The notes under the pieces: model-generated
The model's input: the letters and a program-made list of their open reading frames with translations, nothing else
Databases searched by the model: none
What the model was told of the DNA's origin: nothing
Shown here: one piece after another, positions 59,849 to 64,000 of the stretch
Layout: each line of letters opens with the position of its first letter
How positions within the stretch are numbered: position 1 is the stretch's first letter
Position numbers and translations under genes: made by a program
Origin: Patescibacteria group bacterium
GTDB lineage: Bacteria; Patescibacteriota; Patescibacteriia; Patescibacteriales; GWC2-42-12
Reading direction: 5' to 3'
Assembly (NCBI GenBank): GCA_041662965.1
Contig: JBAZRI010000001.1
Coordinates: 227,680 to 291,679, forward strand
DNA length: 64,000 nucleotides

Positions 59849-61291
59849 TTATGATTTTTTACTGAAAGATTGATAAATGCTTATCACGTCTTCCTTTTTA
59901 AAGCCTTTAAAGATATATAAAGCGATAAAGTAGCTTAAGCCGGCTAAGATAACGGTTAAAATAAGATTGACTTGATTTTTTAAATAATAGCCGACCGCGC
60001 CCATGACCGCTACGGCCAAAAGCGACTTTACTGATATGGCGATTATTTTTTTATAATCATATTTAGTGATTCGCGGAACTATCCACATGCTCAAAATAAA
60101 CATCAGTAAATTAGTCAGCAAGGCGGTTAAACTGGCGCCGGCCGCCTCTAAGCGGGGTATTAAAATTAAATTTAAAATAACGCTCGCCGTTAAGACAATG
60201 CCCATATTGATAGTATTGGTTTTTTGCCGGTCGCAGGCGTTTAAAAGCGATCCGGCCGGAAAGTTTAAAAACATAAAAACGACCGCGCCCATGGTAATTT
60301 GCAATGGTAAAATCGCGTCGTTAAAGCCGCTTTTAAAAATTATCATTATTTTATCGGCTAAAATTATTCCGCCGACGGAAACCGGCAAAGAAATGATTAT
60401 TAAATAATTCATGGCGCGCTCAAAAGTAATGGCCAGCTGTTCGCGGTTATTATGCCAATAATGGCTTAAGGCGGGGAAAAGCGAAGCCACGAAAGCCATG
60501 GGCAGAAACTGTAAAGCGAAAATAATTTTAAAAGGAATTTGGTAGATGCCTACTTGATGGTCGCCCGAGAGAAGCGAGAGCATGACCGAATCAAGATACA
60601 TGTAAAGCCGCTGGAAAATAGCGTAAACCGCGAAAGGCAGGGAAATCATTAAGATGCTTTTAATTAAAATTTTATCCGGCCGCCAATTAATTTTAAGCTT
60701 CCATCTGGTTTTTAAAATATAAAATGAAAAAATTAAATTATACAGGCTGGCTAAAACCAAGGACATCATCAGCCAGACAAGCCCCAGATTGAATTTTAAG
60801 ACGGTTAAAATTACGGCCAGAACGATTAGCTGGAAGATAACCGAAGAGATGCTTTCGTATTTTAAGTTATGGAAACCGCGGCTAACCGCGAAAAAGGTTA
60901 AAGTAAAAGAATCTAGGGCCATGCAAAACATGGAAAGATAAACCAGCTGGCGGGTTATCTCGGGATAAGCCGAAAAATTTATTAGGCTGAAAGCCGCCAG
61001 CATAGCTAGTAGAGCCAAAGGCAGCTTAATTAAAAAAACCGAGCTGAAGAATTTCTCGGCATTGTCCGGGCGCTTGGCCACTTCGCGCGTCAGGACGCTG
61101 GATTGGCCGATATCAATAAAAATTCCGAAGATGGAAGTGAAAGAAATGGCAAAGTAATATTTGCCTAAATCGGCCGGGCCGATGGCGCGGGCGATTAAAA
61201 CAAAATAAGTGAAAGAAATTATTTTTTGCAGTATTAAAGCCAAGGTGAAGTAAGACGTATTCTTGGCGATATTAGTAATTTTTTCGGCCAT
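59849..61291 (-). CDS. Wzx-like oligosaccharide flippase (MOP superfamily)
   Basis: 480 aa, about 12-14 TM segments, and the N-terminal IAKNTSYFTLALILQKIISFTYFVLIARAIGPADLGKY pattern. Confidence 0.75.
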   Translation of the reverse strand: MAEKITNIAKNTSYFTLALILQKIISFTYFVLIARAIGPADLGKYYFAISFTSIFGIFIDIGQSSVLTREVAKRPDNAEKFFSSVFLIKLPLALLAMLAAFSLINFSAYPEITRQLVYLSMFCMALDSFTLTFFAVSRGFHNLKYESISSVIFQLIVLAVILTVLKFNLGLVWLMMSLVLASLYNLIFSFYILKTRWKLKINWRPDKILIKSILMISLPFAVYAIFQRLYMYLDSVMLSLLSGDHQVGIYQIPFKIIFALQFLPMAFVASLFPALSHYWHNNREQLAITFERAMNYLIIISLPVSVGGIILADKIMIIFKSGFNDAILPLQITMGAVVFMFLNFPAGSLLNACDRQKTNTINMGIVLTASVILNLILIPRLEAAGASLTALLTNLLMFILSMWIVPRITKYDYKKIIAISVKSLLAVAVMGAVGYYLKNQVNLILTVILAGLSYFIALYIFKGFKKEDVISIYQSFSKKS

Positions 61292-61392
61292 AAAATATGT
61301 TAATATTATAGCTTATTTTTAATAAAAATAAAACCCCGTTTTTTAAACAAGGTTTTATTGTATATTTGATATTTGTATATTATAAATTCTGG

Positions 61393-61416
61393 ATTCCCGC
61401 CTACGCGGGAATGACA
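61393..61416. repeat. Solo TGTCAT-hairpin unit immediately 3' of rpsI
   Basis: ATTCCCGC-ctac-GCGGGAATGACA, 5 nt after the rpsI stop. Confidence 0.6.
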
Positions 61417-61420
61417 TGCC

Positions 61421-61840
61421 TTAACGTTTAGCCCATTGCGGAGCGCGCCTGGCTTTCTTTAGGCCCGGTTTCTTTCTTTCTTTCTTGCGCGCGTCGCGCA
61501 TAATCCAGCCTTTTACCTTAAACGATGCCCTTAATTCCGGATTGATCGCGAGTAGGGCGCGGGCGATGCCGTGCCGTACGGCTTCGGCTTGGCCTTTTTT
61601 ACCGCCGCCGGCGAGATTAACCGATATGTTAAAATCTTTAGCCAAACCGGCTAATTTCAGGGGCTGGCTGATAATTAAAAATAATTCTTCTTCCGGGAAA
61701 TATTTTTTAGCCTCAACGCCGTTAATAACAAATAAACCCTCGCTACCTTTATAGACTCTAACCCGGGCGGTTGAAGTTTTTCGGCGGCCTAAACCGACCG
61801 TATATCTGCCTTTAAATTTTATAGCTTCTGTTTCGGTCAT
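61421..61840 (-). CDS. rpsI: 30S ribosomal protein S9
   Basis: GRRKTSTARVRV, GGGKKGQAEAVRHGIARAL, and the C-terminal RRAPQWAKR. Confidence 0.95.
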   Translation of the reverse strand: MTETEAIKFKGRYTVGLGRRKTSTARVRVYKGSEGLFVINGVEAKKYFPEEELFLIISQPLKLAGLAKDFNISVNLAGGGKKGQAEAVRHGIARALLAINPELRASFKVKGWIMRDARKKERKKPGLKKARRAPQWAKR

Positions 61841-61841
61841 A

Positions 61842-62180
61842 TTAATTTATAATTAATCTTTTTAGCATATTTACTCTATGCTTGGTCGGCGGCAGCATGT
61901 CTCTAACCGCCCTTTTTAAAATGTCGGCCGGCTTCAAGTCGGCTATTTTTTTGGTTTTTAAGCCGCCCGGATAACCGGAATATTTATAATATTTTTTTTG
62001 TTCAATCTTTTTGCCGCTGAATTTAAGCTTGGCTATGTTTATAACCTGAACTATGCCGCCCATATCTAAATGAGGCAGATATTCGGCCTTATTTTTACCG
62101 CGCAAGATTAAGGCTATTTCCGTAGCCAATCGGCCGGCCGCTTTGCCTTCAGCGTCAATTTTATAAATTTTTCTTTCCAT
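61842..62180 (-). CDS. rplM: 50S ribosomal protein L13 (short, 112 aa)
   Basis: IDAEGKAAGRLATEIALILRGKNK, YSGYPGGLK, AVRDMLP. Lacks the usual ~25-aa C-terminal tail. Confidence 0.9.
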   Translation of the reverse strand: MERKIYKIDAEGKAAGRLATEIALILRGKNKAEYLPHLDMGGIVQVINIAKLKFSGKKIEQKKYYKYSGYPGGLKTKKIADLKPADILKRAVRDMLPPTKHRVNMLKRLIIN

Positions 62181-62215
62181 ATTATTTAATGCAGTATATT
62201 TTTTTAAATATTTTT

Positions 62216-62566
62216 TTAAACCAATTCAATTTGCACCATCTCCGCGCTATCGCCGGCTCTTTTGCCCAGCTTAATGATCCTTAAATAACCGCCTTGTCTG
62301 CCTTTGTATTTAACCGCTAAAATTTCCATGGCTTTTTTTACGGCCATCGGCTGGGGCAATAATCTGATTAATTCCCGGCGGCTGGCCAAATCGCCCTTGA
62401 TTGACGCGGTAATGATTTTTTCCAAAAGCGGTTTTACCGTTTTGGCTTTAGCCTCGGTAGTCTTAACTTTTTCATAAATAATAATGCTGGACGCTAAATT
62501 TTTCAGCATCGCAACCCTGGGCGCTTTGGTTCTGTCTAGTTTTTTCCCTTTTACTCTATGTCTCAT
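62216..62566 (-). CDS. rplQ: 50S ribosomal protein L17
   Basis: MRHRVKGKKLDRTKAPRVAML.NLA, TTEAKAK, GGYLRIIKLG.R.GD. Confidence 0.95.
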   Translation of the reverse strand: MRHRVKGKKLDRTKAPRVAMLKNLASSIIIYEKVKTTEAKAKTVKPLLEKIITASIKGDLASRRELIRLLPQPMAVKKAMEILAVKYKGRQGGYLRIIKLGKRAGDSAEMVQIELV

Positions 62567-62579
62567 ATAAAAATATTAT

Positions 62580-63398
62580 TTAACTTTTTTTCGGCCGGCC
62601 GCGTTTTTTAGTTTTTTTGTCTTCGCCGGCTTCTTCCGGTATTCCTTCTTTCTTTTCCGCTTCTTTAGTTTCCGCGGCTTCAGTTTTTATTTCTTCGGCC
62701 TCTTCTTTAACGGTTTTTCCGATTAAAGCGTTAAATTGATTTATTAAAATATCCACGGATTTATTAAAGGCGTCTTCCGGAGTTATCGTGCCGTCGGTGG
62801 TTAAATCCAAAATCAGTTTATCCCAGTTGGTCATTTTGCCGATGCGGACGTTTTCAATGTTGACGCCGACCGACATTACCGGAGAAAAAATAGAATCCAT
62901 TTCAATGTAGCCGATTTCATTTTTAGCGCTTTCACGGCTTTCAACCGTTATATAACCCGACCCTCGAGAAACGGAAATTTCCATGCTTAGGCTCCCTGCC
63001 ATATCGGTAACATGGCCTAAAACCAAGTCAGGATTGGCTATTTCCACCAAGCTGTTCTTTTTTATATCAGAAGCTTTAACTTCTTTCTCGCCGCGGGCAT
63101 CAAGCTCAAGCTTCACAACCTCGTCAGTGAAAACTTTTAAGCGCAGTTTCTTTAAATTCAAAATAAGCTCTAAAACATCTTCTTTAACATGGGGTAAAGA
63201 CATAAATTCATGGTCAGCGCCTTTAATTTTTACGCCGATAGGGGCGGCTCCGGGCAAAGAAGACAATAATACCCTTCTTAAAGCATTGCCGATAGTAGCG
63301 CCATAGCCCGGGTAGCATGGCTCAATGATAATTTGCTTGTTGTTCGCGCTTGAACCTTTAACAAATTCTATTTTTTGCGGCAAAGCTATTTTTTCCAT
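62580..63398 (-). CDS. rpoA: DNA-directed RNA polymerase alpha subunit, N-terminal domain only, with an acidic tail ending in an AT-hook-like KKRGRPKKS
   Basis: GYGATIGNALRRVLLSSLPGAAP, HEF..L..V.EDV.E.ILNLK. No HhH C-terminal-domain sequence after residue ~228. Confidence 0.9.
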   Translation of the reverse strand: MEKIALPQKIEFVKGSSANNKQIIIEPCYPGYGATIGNALRRVLLSSLPGAAPIGVKIKGADHEFMSLPHVKEDVLELILNLKKLRLKVFTDEVVKLELDARGEKEVKASDIKKNSLVEIANPDLVLGHVTDMAGSLSMEISVSRGSGYITVESRESAKNEIGYIEMDSIFSPVMSVGVNIENVRIGKMTNWDKLILDLTTDGTITPEDAFNKSVDILINQFNALIGKTVKEEAEEIKTEAAETKEAEKKEGIPEEAGEDKKTKKRGRPKKS

Positions 63399-63441
63399 AT
63401 AATTCTTGTTTATTTATAATAATTGTTTGTAAATTCGCGGG

Positions 63442-64000
63442 TTATTTAGAATAGAACTCAACGATCATCTGGCTGTTGATTTTTGATTCAAAATCTTCTT
63501 TAGCCGGCTGATGCAAAACTTTGGCGCTTAAATCTTTAATCTCAAGATTAAGCCAGCTCGGGGTTTCTATTTTTTTAAGTTTTTCCGATAAATTAGCGAA
63601 GTGCTTATTTTTTCGGCTTGACTGCCTAACCTTTATAATATCGCCGGTTTTGACGTTAAATGACGGAATATTAACTTTTTTATCATTAACTCGGAAATGG
63701 CCGTGGTTGGCTAGAACTCTGGCCTGGGCCCTTGACGGGGCGAAGCCTAAGCGGTAAATAACATTATCAAGCCTGGTTTCCAATATTTTCATTAAATTTT
63801 CGCCAGCCTCGCCTTTTTGCTTAATGGCCCTTAAAAAACTTAATTTGAATTGTTTTTCCATCAAATTATAAATTCTTTTGGCTTTCTGTTTTTCTCGTAA
63901 CTGCATGTTGTAGCCGCTCTGTCTGGCTCGGCCTTTCGGGCCATGCAGGCCCGGCGGATAGTTTCTTTTAACTATCGCGCATTTAGCCGTAAAGCATCTC
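63442..64000 (-). CDS. rpsD: 30S ribosomal protein S4, 5' end beyond the window edge
   Basis: The frame stays open upstream of the tracked Met: ...CFTAKCAIVKRNYPPGLHGPKGRARQSGYNMQLREKQK. S4 RNA-binding domain (LDNVIYRLGFA.SR.QAR). Confidence 0.9.
   Translation of the reverse strand, partial: RCFTAKCAIVKRNYPPGLHGPKGRARQSGYNMQLREKQKAKRIYNLMEKQFKLSFLRAIKQKGEAGENLMKILETRLDNVIYRLGFAPSRAQARVLANHGHFRVNDKKVNIPSFNVKTGDIIKVRQSSRKNKHFANLSEKLKKIETPSWLNLEIKDLSAKVLHQPAKEDFESKINSQMIVEFYSK

Overview
The window looks like a chromosomal segment of a small-genome, Candidate Phyla Radiation / Patescibacteria-like bacterium. This call rests on shortened ribosomal proteins, an RpoA with no C-terminal domain, core genes with no Shine-Dalgarno (SD) sequence, and very many short palindromic repeats. 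All calls come from reading the ORF translations and the DNA by eye; no searches were run, and hand-counted repeat coordinates may be off by 1-3 nt.

Layout:
- 1-6.3 kb: housekeeping genes (wecA/tagO-like, rplU, recR, ybaB, dnaB, tRNA-Lys, tRNA-Thr, a CDP-alcohol phosphatidyltransferase, an MtaB-like methylthiotransferase).
- 6.4-25 kb: cell-surface and glycan locus. It holds a Wzz-like protein, an O-antigen-ligase-like protein, three tandem radical-SAM/SPASM genes, two GT4 glycosyltransferases, an FG-GAP repeat protein and large anchored surface proteins. It is interrupted at 7.5-12.0 kb by a compositionally distinct operon of peptidoglycan-binding envelope proteins (OmpA-like, lipoprotein, LysM / poly-Pro).
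- 25-32 kb: partial dcw cluster (mraZ, rsmH, ftsL-like, ftsI, murF), with a secreted Ca-binding-repeat protein inserted after mraZ.
- 32-64 kb: tRNA-Glu, fmt, def, clpB with a perfect CIRCE operator, an AmmeMemoRadiSam-type radical SAM enzyme, tagA, gltX, an M23 peptidase, ftsQ-like plus a P-loop-less MurF paralog, an aminotransferase, serS, lysS, greA, a second glycan block (ligase-like, GT2, GT4, Wzx) and rpsI-rplM-rplQ-rpoA-rpsD.

Most interesting observations:
1. A family of TGTCAT-hairpin palindromic units. Two inverted pairs bracket small GIY-YIG nuclease genes. ORF-less derivatives sit in intergenic regions, in the clpB leader, across a GT4 stop codon, and in frame inside the mtaB-like CDS.
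2. A 14-bp covarying inverted repeat that encloses the start codon of three unrelated genes and supplies a shared SNGVK N-terminus.
3. Two classes of translation start: a -10 box 6-7 nt from the ATG (leaderless-type) at core genes, versus strong GGAGG SD sequences at a dispersed set of orphan, secreted or Cys-rich genes.
4. RpoA with its C-terminal domain replaced by an acidic tail ending in an AT-hook.
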